Both the position numbers and the translations under genes were made by a program. From Octopus sinensis (taxonomy: Eukaryota), in the NCBI RefSeq assembly GCF_006345805.1, contig NW_021832590.1, positions 124,001-188,000 of the forward strand: 64,000 nucleotides of DNA. Direction: 5' to 3'. The number at the start of each line of letters is the position of its first letter. Positions within the stretch are counted from its first letter, which is position 1. Below are positions 52,089 through 64,000 of the stretch, one piece after another. The notes below the pieces were generated by a model. The model saw only the letters and a list, made by a program, of their open reading frames with translations. It did no database searches and was not told where the DNA came from.

Positions 52089-55000
52089 TCAAATAAATCC
52101 AGTAGCGAGAGCGTTAAAGTCACAATTTGCTACCAAATTTGATATACTTGAAAGTATCCGACAGTATAAAAGTCCCGAAATCCTGTCGGTGGTGATCCTC
52201 GGAATTTTTTTCCCAACATTAAGCCAGCCACTAACTATTCCGATATAAAGCAAAAAACACACCATCACTGAACATGAACGGCCTCGAAACTACCGTGGAA
52301 TGACATCCTCTGGCCACGAACACAAGAAAGTCGACAACTAAAGACATCAATTCCTTCTGGGCCACTGCAAGCATACAAAGCGGATCAAGCACAGTCAGGA
52401 CATAACAAGTACGCTCGACTGGACTCAAATCAGAGTAATTCGCAGCCACAATCTCCAATGCAAGTTTCCCCACTTTGAGAGCCACTCCAATCCGATACTT
52501 CCGACTCAGCTCAGCCAACAAATGAACTCCAAACACCTGAGAATTATAACTCCCAAAAAAACGTGTCTTTCAATTTGGACATGACTGAGCAGTCCAGGGA
52601 GGAAATCAAAACAAACATGCATTGAAGGAATCAATCGACAGGTCAAAGAAACTAATTTCAAGGAATATGTCTGGTAGTGAATTATTTGGAGAATATCTCT
52701 GTTCCTCAAAAAGACTCGGTGGAGATATGAACAAATCAACTGAGACTTTTCATCAGCATCAGACGAAGCCAGTCCCAGGAGTCGAATGTATGCTGCACAG
52801 TCCTGGGCAAACAAAAATGTGTCCGTCAGAGGCCTGATTTGTGATATGCGGGTCTTGTTTTGAATCTCCTGAATTATTTCCAGACTTGCCTTTTTAAGAG
52901 ACACGTCCAAAATATTAATAAAAATTTTCAGAAGAGGAGATTTGCTGAACCAAAATCAAGTCATTAAGACAACCTGAACACCGAAGGAGGTGCCTCGAAC
53001 AATTGGAGTGGATTCTTGACATCCTTCTCTCTCAGCCACACCTCCACTGTGAGGCTGGACAATTTCGGACATACAAAATAAAGATCCCACCACAGACAGG
53101 CCAATTGGGGCAAGTCGGAATCCTCACAGCGCAGCATTTCTTCCACAAAAAACAATATTTTCTGTTCATCAAACTTACGCGGAGTCCCCAAATCACAAAA
53201 TCTGTCAAAAACTTGAGCGAATATATCATGACGAGATCTCCCTCTCAGCCAGTCGTCAACACAACAATAATAAGGCAAATGTACGACCATCAACCTTCCT
53301 CAGTCAACAAATATCCAACCAACCTCAACAACGAAGAATACAAAGTCCCATATTGTTGTTGTCGACTAGCAGCATGCCATAAAAGCATCCGGACTGGCAT
53401 AGAATCGACAACTGATTGGAATTGAAGGAAATCAGGAGGACATGCAGACTCCCTGGAATAGCCATAAACCAGGACTGTGAAATATAAAACGAGAAGTTGG
53501 CGGAATAAATGTATTTCCATGTCCTGATGACCAGTCCATACTCTGAGCACATCGAACAACTCAATGAACACCTTCCACTAAAAAAACTAGGAAACCTGTG
53601 GAGAAGGGATAAGTTGTCTCTTCAAAGGAATCTGTTTGAACTCAAGTTCCACAAAAAACTCAACAAGTTCGACAATATCTGCCCCGTCCTTGAAATCTGC
53701 ACTGCTTATGGCCAAAAGAAGACATCTCTGCAATGACAGACAAATATAACTCCCAAAGACGGCAAATCTCCTGATTGGGGGGACGCCACACAGTGAAGAC
53801 AAACCAAAAGTGGGGACACGTTTGAAAGACTCCCCCATGATTTATCCTTCAGTTTTTCCAGTATTTTGATAACCGATTCAGGGGCTTTCTAGCAGTAGGA
53901 GAGCAATTTATCACGTTGAATTGGCCAAACATGAGGACTCGCATTTTCCTCGTTTTTCTGGACGGAGAAATTCCCAAAACAGAAGAAACATTTTTTTGAA
54001 AAGACTCCAAATGTCTACTACTCACCACGAGACTCCAAAGGAGAAGAACAGTCTGAATTCTCTCATAGTAAATTGTTTGCATGTTCAGCCACTCGACAAA
54101 CATGGCCGAATAACTCTCCGAATCACTGTTTGATAGTCACCCGAGTATATAACCTGATTATAACAGCATTGGCATGAACCCACCCGAGGACTGAGATGAC
54201 ACAGTCATGACTGTCTACAACACGGGCCAGTATTAAGGAGAACAGTCGGTCATCAACTGAACCACCCAGTGCAGTCAAAACTTGTATTAAAACATGTCGA
54301 TAACAAGAAAAATCTTGCATTTTGTCCACAATTTTGTTTATTAAAGAGGATATTCCACCCGAATGGGTCAATTCACTTATCAGCCATTCACTTGTGGTTG
54401 TGTCGTGACAAAATACTTGTGTAATCCTCGAAATCCAATCTTGGCCACTTCTTTCAATCAATTCGACCACAAGGGATGGAAAACGCCTGAGAAAAATCTA
54501 AAAATCACCAGAAAGGGCAAAATACCGCCAAATCAAGCACATGGGTTTCCAACGTGGATTCTTCTCTGCACAATGTGATCAAAATCTGTTCAATATGTCG
54601 CTGAAAATGTGGATTTGTGTGCTCAAAGCGAGCCATAATACGACCAATCAAAGACAGGAATGAGTGAGGGTTGTTGAGAGCAATTGAACTGACTATTGAC
54701 GGGCCACTTCTAAGGAAGCAGCAGGCCTCAACCACTCTCTCTAAGGAAAGTGCTTCAAAAAACTCTGAAAGTGACTCTTTGGGGTTACCTCTGTGGATTA
54801 TGCAGTTCACTGTGTCCACCACCACCTGGAAATAATACGACTCGGCAAAAATAGGAATATCGAGGACGTGGTACTCACATGTGGCCAGATTGGACGTATT
54901 TTCGATTAAGTCGATTAGTTGGCGGGAAATAATGTGAATTCGATCTTTGGAAGAGCAGGATGGAATATTAGTTGGATTAAGTGAGTTTTCTACTTTAGAC

Positions 55001-55182
55001 AAGTTAAGCAATGATTGGTCGAAAATGAGCATTTCAAGTATATGGTCAATGTTGTAGTCTGCCATACATAGGCAGAGTGTGTCCATTATGTCAGTGTTCT
55101 GATTTGAAAGGAAATCTTTGTAAATAAGTGGAATTGCTTGCTTAAAGTCTTCGATTTTTGATTGTTTGATTGCACCCCACAT
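52089..55182 (-). CDS. INTS2: Integrator complex subunit 2
   Basis: C-terminal ICSYLHRVF...IHYQTY...IPSMHVCFDFLP-x-LL matches the INTS2 signature; the N-terminal IALNNPHSF region is also consistent. Confidence 0.85.
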
Positions 55183-55471
55183 CGAAAACTAATAATCAAT
55201 TTAAAATAATTTATTTTATTAAATAGAACATTTAATATACATCTATTTTTATAACTCGAATTGTTTTTTTCCCAAAAAATAATTTATTAGATTTTTAATT
55301 AGGCTTAAAAGTGAATTCCAAGAACAGGAATTCGAAGAATGTAAAAATATAGATCAATAACTAACATCTAAAAAATAATTTCTTATGAGCTGATATTAAT
55401 TTAATATTAAATAAAAATATTTTCATAAATGATTAATTTCAAATAAAATATACAAAATATTCTAATTATAA

Positions 55472-56317
55472 ATGGTCGATAAGCTCAACTGGTCGTCCTT
55501 AGAATTCGCGATATATTTAAGCGATCAGATATTCCGTTTCAACGGTGGATCACTAAACATTAACCTCTCTAGACACATGCATTCTGTTTGAAGCATTCTC
55601 TAAGAATAACTCAAAAGATATCCCTGAATACATTCGAAACTGTTTTTCCTCCTGTTGCAAGAATAAAATGTCTGAATATCGCAATGCAGTGCGAGCTTTG
55701 GACGTGTTAATTGTCAGAGAGGAAAATTCACACAGCAATTCTGTCAGCATAATTAATGAAATTCGCCAAAAAGTATGTTATGTTGCTAGGAAACTAACAG
55801 TGCGTTGAGAAAATAAAACAGGCCAAGGAATTCGTCTGCCGATATGCCGATCTGTTTGCCAGTATGCCAGCAGCCTCAGTGGAGACTCGTCTGTTCTCTA
55901 AAAAGATGTCATTTCATTCCGTAATTCGTAGGGTCGCGGACTACAGTCGGTACATGGCTGAGGTCTCCTCTCCCAATGACGAATTTGTGGCCGAGAGTTT
56001 GGAGGCATATTCCGCAGCGAGTGACCTGGCTGAGGATTTGCCCGCAGACCATGTTGGAAAGCTGGGACTTGCGCTTAACCGTTCTGTGTTTTTCTACGAA
56101 ATTATGAACGACAAGAAGCAGGCCATTCAAATAGCCAATGAGGCGTTTGCTGGGGCATATGCCAAATACGACGAGGATGGTCACACAATGAGTGACGAGT
56201 CCGCTAACATTACTCAACTCATCAAGGACAATCTCGTCCTCTGGAGTTTGTCTTTTCCTTATTATAGACGCTGGGGACGACGACAGTCAAGACAAGTCCT
56301 CCAATGACGAGTTATGA
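55472..56317 (+). CDS. 14-3-3: Highly divergent 14-3-3 protein
   Basis: KKM|VADYSRYMAE...LGLALNRSVFFYEI...QLIKDNLVLW; the N-terminus aligns loosely (RNCFSSCCKN). Confidence 0.9.
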
Positions 56318-56393
56318 TTAATTAATTTACTTTCCTTTTAACAAATAATTCCCTTTATTAACGAAAATTTAGTTAGGAATGCAGTTAAATTAA

Positions 56394-56915
56394 TTAATAT
56401 TTGATAACCCCCACAACGCTGTATTTGTCTGGACATAACCTCAAAAGGGGTGACCTTTAAATGTTTGAATCCAGCCTTCAAGGACCTGTTTTTCGTCCTC
56501 GCTGAGATCTTCCAGGTCATCAAAAACGTCTGAAAGACAGTCGGGATTCAAATTAGATGTCGCCAAGGCCCTTCCAATCTCCCTCCCGGCAAAACTGTGG
56601 TATGAACCACCTGTATAATTAAAGACACACCAAATAACCAGGTCCGTAAAATGTTGCTGATTTTGTAACGTCATAAACTGTCCCTTTGATGCTGGTCAGT
56701 ATCCTGGGATTGCATTCTCCGTCGTATTTTTTCAGTTCTTGAAGAGATAAGTCCAAAGAGGTAAAGTCAAGGTTGAGAGATCCGCTGGTGGGTTTGGTCT
56801 CTGGCATATTTCTACTCAGAATTTTGTAGAATTTAAAAATGACAACGAGACACAGAATAATAATCAATGAATTTAGGAGATTAATTTCGAGAAAAGAATA
56901 ATTCATTAATGCCAC
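56394..56915 (-). CDS. PGRMC1: Membrane-associated progesterone receptor component (TM + cytochrome b5-like heme/steroid domain)
   Basis: TM helix, then LQELKKYDG...TVYDVTK...FYGPGGSYHSFAGR...DDLEDL...W-x-x-x-F-x-DKYSVVG. Confidence 0.9.
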
Positions 56916-57289
56916 AAGTCTAATTAGTGATATAAATCTTGAATAATTAATATGAAATAATAATTATATATTAAATTCTCTTAAGCATAATTTATGTGGA
57001 ATATTGCGGTTTATTTGGTTTTCCGTATCAAGTAACCAGAATCCACCATGTGGATTTTGTCAACAAAACGGTGTGTATTGCACTTAATTTTATTTTTTTG
57101 TCTTTGATTTAATAAAAATGATTTTGTTTAAATGGTGGAGATAAATTCACGTAGAACAGCGAGTAAGACAAGTAACCACACTGAACGTCCATGTAAATCA
57201 GGTTTGCCATTTTAATCACACAATTATTAAAGTCTTAATTAAATATCTTATAAATTTTATTATTCTAAAACTGTATAAAGTATGAATCA

Positions 57290-59350
57290 TTATCCACTCG
57301 GTAGTATGAACTTTCTCTCACGGTCCCTCATAGACTGACCCCTCCACTGGATGCCTGGAGAAATCTCACATACTTTCTGCCCAACGATATTATCCTGGGA
57401 CCCGAGTTTATTTTCTAAAATTCCATTTTCATGTATTCTGCTAAAAAATCTCTTTTTTTCCTTGATGTGCTCGACTTTCAAACCACTGAGAATCGCCTCT
57501 TCCCTCGTGGCTTTGTTGTTCCAAAAAACCGACAAAATCTACCCAAAGTTAAAAATGACTAACCCAACTGATCTCTTTTAGAAAACTATTATTCAAAGAC
57601 CGAAAACGGAGAAGAACGCGTATACCTCCAAATTGTACAAAAGATCTATTTGGACCATTAGGGATCTGGGATTACCTTTCAAAATGGATGTCGTGTTGGC
57701 GTTTTAAAATATCCTTCATCAGTTTGAAAACTAAATTTAGGCCTTCATTCACTGCTAAAAGCTCTGCTGACGACAAAAATCTTTCCATGCAGTGAACAAT
57801 GTATTTTGCGCCACAAAATGATATTACATTTCTGTTTGAGTTGATGTCCATAAGAATATTCAGCAAGACAAGAGTCTTCAATAAGATTTCTACACGGCCC
57901 GTCTCCAATTGAGAAAGGATGAGGAGGATCCCGTCGTTTTTCCTGATGACATTTTTATAGCATTTTGAAAACTAAAAATTTTAATTTTGTCAAACCGCAG
58001 TATCTTTACAAGTCAGATTTATGTAGATTTGAAGAATGTTCAGCACATATAACGTGTCATAGCTGTTTTTTAACATTGACATGATTAAGTCGTGTACTTC
58101 TTCTAACCAGAACAAGGCTTGTCTGAACGTTATTGATAAAATCTCACGGATTTTCTGCGAATTTGATCAATTTCCGTTTCTTCAGGTTGGAGCAAGCTGG
58201 ACATGAAATATGATTTTAATACAAAACAAGTCGTTTTTGGATTCAGGTTGAAATACTTCCGGGCTGAAATCCGTCGACAAGAGTTTCAACACATCTAACG
58301 TCACGGAAACCGTGGACTGGTCTATTCCGTCGAAATAAGAAGAGATTTTCAACGTCTCCAACAGCAATGTCGGCACGGAGATGCGACCGAGGATGTAAAA
58401 TTTTGCTAAATTGTCATTTTTTAAAAAGTTTCTAAATTTAAGTCGAGAAATAAATACAAAAAACATTCCGCAATGAGACCAACCATTCCCGATAGATTTC
58501 CTTGGTCACAAAAAGCGGTCCTTCCCTTATCTCTTGCCCAAGATTGACAAAATCTGCTGATGATTCGCTCAAATGGTTCGACAACCATCGAAAACATTTG
58601 ATTACAAGAATTCTTGTTTGAGACAGTTTTTGTACCTGAGAAAACGAGAGGTTGCGTATAACGCGGACGAATTTTTCTTTAAAATCATCGGAAAGTCTGC
58701 TGTCAATCAAATATCTGTAGATACATGCCATGTTCAACTTAGATTCTAAGATGACAACCTGCAATGCTTCAAAGGAAATTAACTCTGTTCTTTTCAATTG
58801 CCTGACATGACCCAGAGGTGATGTTGATCAAGACACGCACCAAAAAAGGCACCATTTCAGGAACCGGACTTTTTAAAAGACTAAAAAGTCTATCAATTCC
58901 TCCAAAAAGTCTTTAAATCATAATATTCAAAGTTGCCTTAGTTCATTTGAGGAAAGGGCATTTTGGCTTGTCGATTCCTCAAGGTACTGTAAGGCTCGGA
59001 GCTTTTCCTCATCATTGGGGTTGAACAAATGGTCCACTGCGTCGCATATGTCGATAAAGTGGGTTTTTGGACTGTCTTCAGCTTTGGTCACTCCTTGGTG
59101 GATAGTCGCTGGTCTTGATTGAGGCCTGGCAAGATAATAAGAATATAAAGAAATACAGGACTGTTGGAGTAATTGGACGAACTGTCGTTGAAATGTGATT
59201 GATCTCACATTGTTTGAGAGGACGTGTTTCTTCTTGTCTTACATTTGTTTGTGGTTTGGTCGTAGCAAAACAAGGCGATTTTTTGAGTGGCTTTAGGATC
59301 ATGAAATGCTCTTTGGAAGGAGGAGGCCTCTGCCAAGTTGAATCTTTCAT
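57290..59350 (-). CDS. Multi-exon protein of unknown function, predicted helical (ARM/HEAT-like)
   Basis: Chain of same-strand ORFs linked by mini-intron-like gaps, e.g. DAVDHLFNPNDEEKLRALQYL and ILLKTLVLLNILMD. No family was recognised. Confidence 0.65.
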
Positions 59351-59949
59351 GACTAGACAATAATATGGTGAAGCGATTATATAAATAATTGATATAATCG
59401 ATAAATATTATAAATTAAGAGTACTTATAGTTGCCAGCCGACAAAAAATATGTCGGAGACTACTCAATTATAACCTTTTGGGAAGGATTTAAACACAACG
59501 GGTAAAAGCGTCAGACGACAAAATAATCATTTAAAATATAAACTGGCATATTAATCACATATTCCGTATGCGTAACTAATCGATTGTAGACAAAGCAACT
59601 GTGCTCGCAATCGCTCTGCGTGATGCACAGAATACTGTCGCTTAATTAATGTGGCATTGATATTCATAATAAGTAAGTAAAACCTCTCTAATTTACCATC
59701 TCTATGATTTGCCACTCTCCTTTTTTTACCAAGAAATTAAAATTCTGTTTTCCCTTATGTTTTTCTATTTTTTATCATTTTTCTATATTTGACCACTTTT
59801 TCAGGTTTATTTAATTTTTTTTAGTAAGACTTATTTAAATTTTAAATCATCACCTGTTTTTGTCTCGTGTTTTGGTGAATCATTGTGTTTTTTAATAAGT
59901 TTATCAAAATAAAAGTTATTTCCATTGAAACTATGTCGCTGATAATTAA

Positions 59950-60720
59950 CAATCGTTCTAAATTTCTAAATTTAAAAGAAAAAATCGATATTATTGAATA
60001 CTGCAAAAAAAATACATGTAAAACATACTAGAGTTTCCGAAATATTTGCCTTACTATTCAAGAAGGAAATAAAACGTCGATATATTAAAAATTATTTTGA
60101 TAATGAAGTAGAGCTAAAAAACGCTTTTGCTGTAAATAAAAATTTGAATTCTATACCACGAAATCTGAAATTCAAAACTATTGACTCCAAGTTAAAGAAA
60201 TGGCTCGATATGGTTGAAGTCGGTGGTGGCTTTTATAATGATGCAATCCTTAAGGAAAAAGCAAAGTCATTATATGGAAATGTGTTTTGTATTTCAAATG
60301 AAACTGATGTATTTAAAGCATCAAATGGCTGGGTGTCGAAATTTAAAAACGTCACAATATTCATATGAGAGTATGTAATGGCGAATACGCCTTCAGACAT
60401 ATTTAACTGTGATGAAACCGCACCATTTTTTATAAAATTGCTCTTTTAAAGAGTATTGTTTCAAAAATCAGATCTGGGATTAAAAATTCAAGGAAAGAAT
60501 AACAGTTCTATTTGCTGTAATAGCGATGGGATGAAAAACTAATGCCCTTTATAATTGGAAAATTCAAAAAACCCAGAAAATTCAAAAACCTCAATTACTC
60601 AGCATTTTGTAGTCATTTATACAATAAAACTTTGTGAATGACTTCAAAAGAATTCAATTTATGGTTGATGAATATAGATGTGAAGTTGAAAGGAAAAATA
60701 TTATTGATCTTGGAAACAAA
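59950..60720 (+). mobile_element. Decayed pogo/Tigger transposase
   Basis: ILKEKAK...FKASNGWVSKFK...DIFNCDET...PFIIGK...KNP. Confidence 0.8.
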
Positions 60721-60739
60721 AAAATAGCAAACTAATTAA

Positions 60740-61334
60740 AAAAACATTGCAAGATGACATTGTCCGCATTCGCCCCTGAATCAATCGTTACTACTGCCGA
60801 ATCTAAAAAAATACTTTATTGACCAAGGGACCAGCCAGGCTAAGCCAGTTAATTATAATCCCCCGTGATCCCCGATTCAAGCGAGGGAGATCCTTCTGAA
60901 AGGTTCAATCCTGCCCACAATGATCGGACTGAGACGACGATGTCTCAGGGTCAGAGTTCTAGAAGTCCTTTTTCGGTAGGCATTAAGTGCTTCCTGAGCG
61001 TTTCCATATCAGATTAGAAGTTCCAACTGACATGGTGGACCCTATAACGCCACGTTAAGACCGGAAGGAAGGTGAGAGATGATGCGAAAGTACTCTTCAA
61101 AAAGATGCGAAAGTACTCTTCACTCGTGGAGAAGTATCAATTCCTTGCATTCGCAGTTGAGACGTCTGGTTCTTCGAAAAGGCAATCAGCTTCGTTCAGA
61201 AGATCGGGTTTCGGATGTTGACACTCACAGGCGACGCCCGCGAATCGAAATGGTTTTTTGAGCGGATATCCCTCGCGATGGTACGCTCGAACTCTTTCTC
61301 AATCGCGTCAGCCTCTCGCCCAGTAAAGCATTAG
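60740..61334 (+). mobile_element. CRE-like 3' end
   Basis: AFAVETSG...WFFERISLAMVRSNSFSIAS...KH* (TAG 61332-61334). Confidence 0.8.
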
Positions 61335-61406
61335 TCCTTTAATTCATTAATATAATTTATTAAAAGTTGAGAAAAATCGATAATTAATTCCCCAATAGGA
61401 TTATGT

Positions 61407-62660
61407 TTATGGTAGATATGTAGCCTGGCGGATTGCCAAACTGTTTCCCCGGATGATGGCAATCGAGAACCGTTGCATTAGCCAGTTCGCCTCCCGAGGA
61501 TCATGGGTGCGCATTGAGATTTTGGCTCCGAGCTTGCGAAGAAACTTTTCTGTTTTTGGACCGAGAGCACCCGACGTCTCCGCCGCGATTGGCACCACGG
61601 AAAACTTCTCCGAGAGGGCAGAATATTTTAAAAGCTTTAAATCTTCAGCCTTCTTAGCTGCAGATTTGGCCTCCAGAGCACACGAAGTTAAGTGAGAAGC
61701 AGAAAAGGTGTCGCAGCAGGTTGCGTCCCAGACGAGGCCTTTTCCGCCTTCAAAGGGAAAAAGGGTCATCCCGTCAGGACGTTTCCCGTCGCCGCGATCA
61801 AGGCCCGGTGGTTCGAGAACCGAAGGAAATCCCGCCGAGTCGAGGGCCCTCCGTATGATGTCATTCATAGCAGAGTGCCTCGGGAAACGTCCGGCACTCC
61901 TCTTGCACGATAAAGGGTGCAGACCGAAAGGGTCAACAGTGCAGCCACAGCGGCACGTGTGCGGGACACATTGCCTTAGTCTGAGTCGCAGAGAGACTCC
62001 GATCCTTACCGTTTCATCGTCAAGCAGAGTGCCAGATGAGGCGTTCGGGAATGCACAAAGCCAAGCTCCGCTAGCCGGGGATGCTGGCGACAGAAGGCAA
62101 GCGCGGCGGTGCTGGTTGGACGACTCGAGCAGCAGATTGAAAGTTTGCTTGCATCTAATTCGATCCCAGGCTCGTTGAGACATATGATTTTCCGGAAAGT
62201 CAAGACTATGTTCTCTTCAGACTTCGCTGAAATGAGCCACTTTTGTGTCCAAGGAAAATTCAGAAAAGGAGCGTAGAATTTCCATGACAAGTGTGTGGCT
62301 CGCGGAGACGGAAGAGAGATAAGCAGGTAACGATAGGTCGGAACATGAGCGGATGCCGAGCCCTCCAAAAGATAACGGGAGGGTTGCCTGTCTCCAACCC
62401 ATGTCGTCGAAAGGGGAATTGCATACGTTCTGAGTGCAAGTGCGGAAAAGGAGGTCAATGGCTGAAAGCCTCTCTGGAAAATCAAAGCACGGAGAAGAGC
62501 GAAGCAAATAGGAGAGCTTTTGGATCGAAAAGCAATTCCGTAGGAGGAATAATGCAGTGTGCGAGTCCAGCTGTCTGATACGATCAAAAGATTCTTCGAG
62601 GAAAAGTTCTTTTTTGCGTAGGGCCACATCGATAGAGTTGCCAGCGACCGGGGCTCCGAG
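61407..62660 (-). mobile_element. 5'-truncated CRE-like retrotransposon, nearly intact 3' half
   Basis: LGAPVAG...LLRNCFSIQKLSYLLRSSP...QATLPLSFGGLG...CRC...LHPLSC...DGKRPDG...WDATC...PIAAETSG...QRFSIAIIRGN...YLP*. Confidence 0.92.
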
Positions 62661-62847
62661 ATTAATATAATTAATAGTTAAAAAAAGATAAATTTCCTTT
62701 TTTTACCACATCGCTTTTTTTCCATTATTTTTATTGGTCCCGTAAGTGACAATAAATAGATAAGTTGTGACTTGATATGATCTCCTCTAATGTTGGTTTC
62801 CTAATACTCAATCTATCAGGTTCAACACAAAAGTGACATATAAAATA

Positions 62848-64000
62848 TCAAGGAATATCGTTAAAAAGAGAAGCAGAACTCTGTGCATCACCAATTTTAA
62901 CCCAATGTCTATACACGTCGAAAGACGCATTATCAATGATTTGCCTCAACATCCTCGTCCGGTAGGGATCCCTCACCAATTCAGAATGAAGCAATCCCAG
63001 CCTTAGCAAGCCCGTAAACCGAACTACTGCCAACACAACCAATCCACATCTCTACACTCAAAAACCATCAAACACCTTAAAATGAGAAATTCTATGACTT
63101 CTCCCAATTCCCTGAGAAGAGGATCGAATAAACGGATGTTCCAGAGCCTCTGCTGCACTGATCCTTTCACGAGGATCAACAACCAGCAGTCGACTGATCT
63201 GTGCCTGAGTACACACAACTCATACAAAATCACGTGCAGTCTCACTCACAGCTGAATGGGACGGAAATTCATATTCTCCGTCCATAATTCGACAAATAAG
63301 ACTCATTTGAGGGTTCAGTCTCCGACGAGGACGGTGAGGGGATGCTTCCGAAGTGAAGGGAGGCTGTCCGAACAGTCTAGAAATAGTAACCAAACATCCC
63401 ACAGAGTATAACAAATCACACCACACGCCCATCTGGAGGGTTAAGAAGGGAGGAATACTAACAAATCGACTTGGAAGGAATATCCTTCAGGGTCATCGTC
63501 CATACTGCACCTGATCAGTTCGGGGGCCATGTACATTACAGTCCCACATGTCTCTGACATTAAAGCTTTGGGGATACCGAATAGTCGGTCCGTAGAAGAC
63601 AACATTTTGGCAAACCCAAAATCTGAGATCACCAATTCCAAATTATCATCAAGCAAAATGTTCTCCAACTGTCTGGTCTAAAAACACGATAACCTTCAAA
63701 TCCCTGTGAATAAGGCCAATCGAGTGCATATACTTAACCCCTCCCAATATTTGCTCCATAAAATTACTAAAAATATAAATTACAGTCAACCGAGTTCGTT
63801 TTTCCGAAAAAGTGACTTGCCGAGTGTGAAAGTCGAATAACTCTCCACCAGAACAGCTAAACTAATACTAAATGCCACACATACAGTTGTAGGACTATGT
63901 AGGCATATGTATCAGACTCAAAATAGTCCTCGAGTTGTACTACAATCAATCATCGGCTTACTTATGTGTGGGGCATTCTGACATTTTTTAAGGATTTTTA
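62848..64000 (-). CDS. PHKG: Phosphorylase kinase gamma catalytic subunit (5' part outside the window)
   Basis: HRDLK|LENILLDDN...SDFG...CGT-x-x-YMAPEL-x-RCSM, and C-terminal RDPY...RQIID...F-x-VY-x-HWVK...ASLF. Confidence 0.92.

Noticed and set aside
56300-56317. 14-3-3 ends in NDEL, resembling a KDEL ER-retention signal
   Set aside because: There is no signal peptide, and acidic tails are normal for 14-3-3 proteins.
59590-59680. Hairpin CTGTGC...GCACAG followed by AGAATA (H-box-like)
   Set aside because: No convincing second hairpin or ACA box, so there is not enough support for a snoRNA call.

Overview
Eukaryotic, AT-rich animal DNA with compact gene islands separated by transposon-rich spacers. 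The host genes are split by very short GT-AG introns (mostly 22-32 nt). That intron size, together with a true Pax6 (paired domain + S50 homeodomain), points by inference to a dicyemid mesozoan; if the assembly is labelled cephalopod, suspect parasite contamination. Genes reconstructed by hand-splicing: AP2M1, LENG8/THP3, an ATP8-class P4-ATPase, an SH2D5-like PTB-SH2 adaptor, SRRT/Ars2, a C-clamp protein, a stand-alone OPRT, a RING protein, Pax6, RUVBL1, INTS2, a divergent 14-3-3, PGRMC, an unknown helical protein and PHKG (partial). The spacers hold CRE-like, R4-like, RTE and Jockey/I LINE fragments plus hAT, pogo/Tigger and Ginger-like DNA transposons. Top observations: (1) a TIR-bounded Ginger-like integrase transposon carrying five host-type mini-introns; (2) a nested stack in which pogo sits inside hAT, and both hAT and Ginger sit inside one LINE; (3) mini-introns with almost no donor consensus beyond GT; (4) an OPRT lacking the OMP decarboxylase half of animal UMPS; (5) a switch from A/C-rich to G/T-rich sense strand inside several genes. 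All exon structures are manual, and TE fragment boundaries are approximate.
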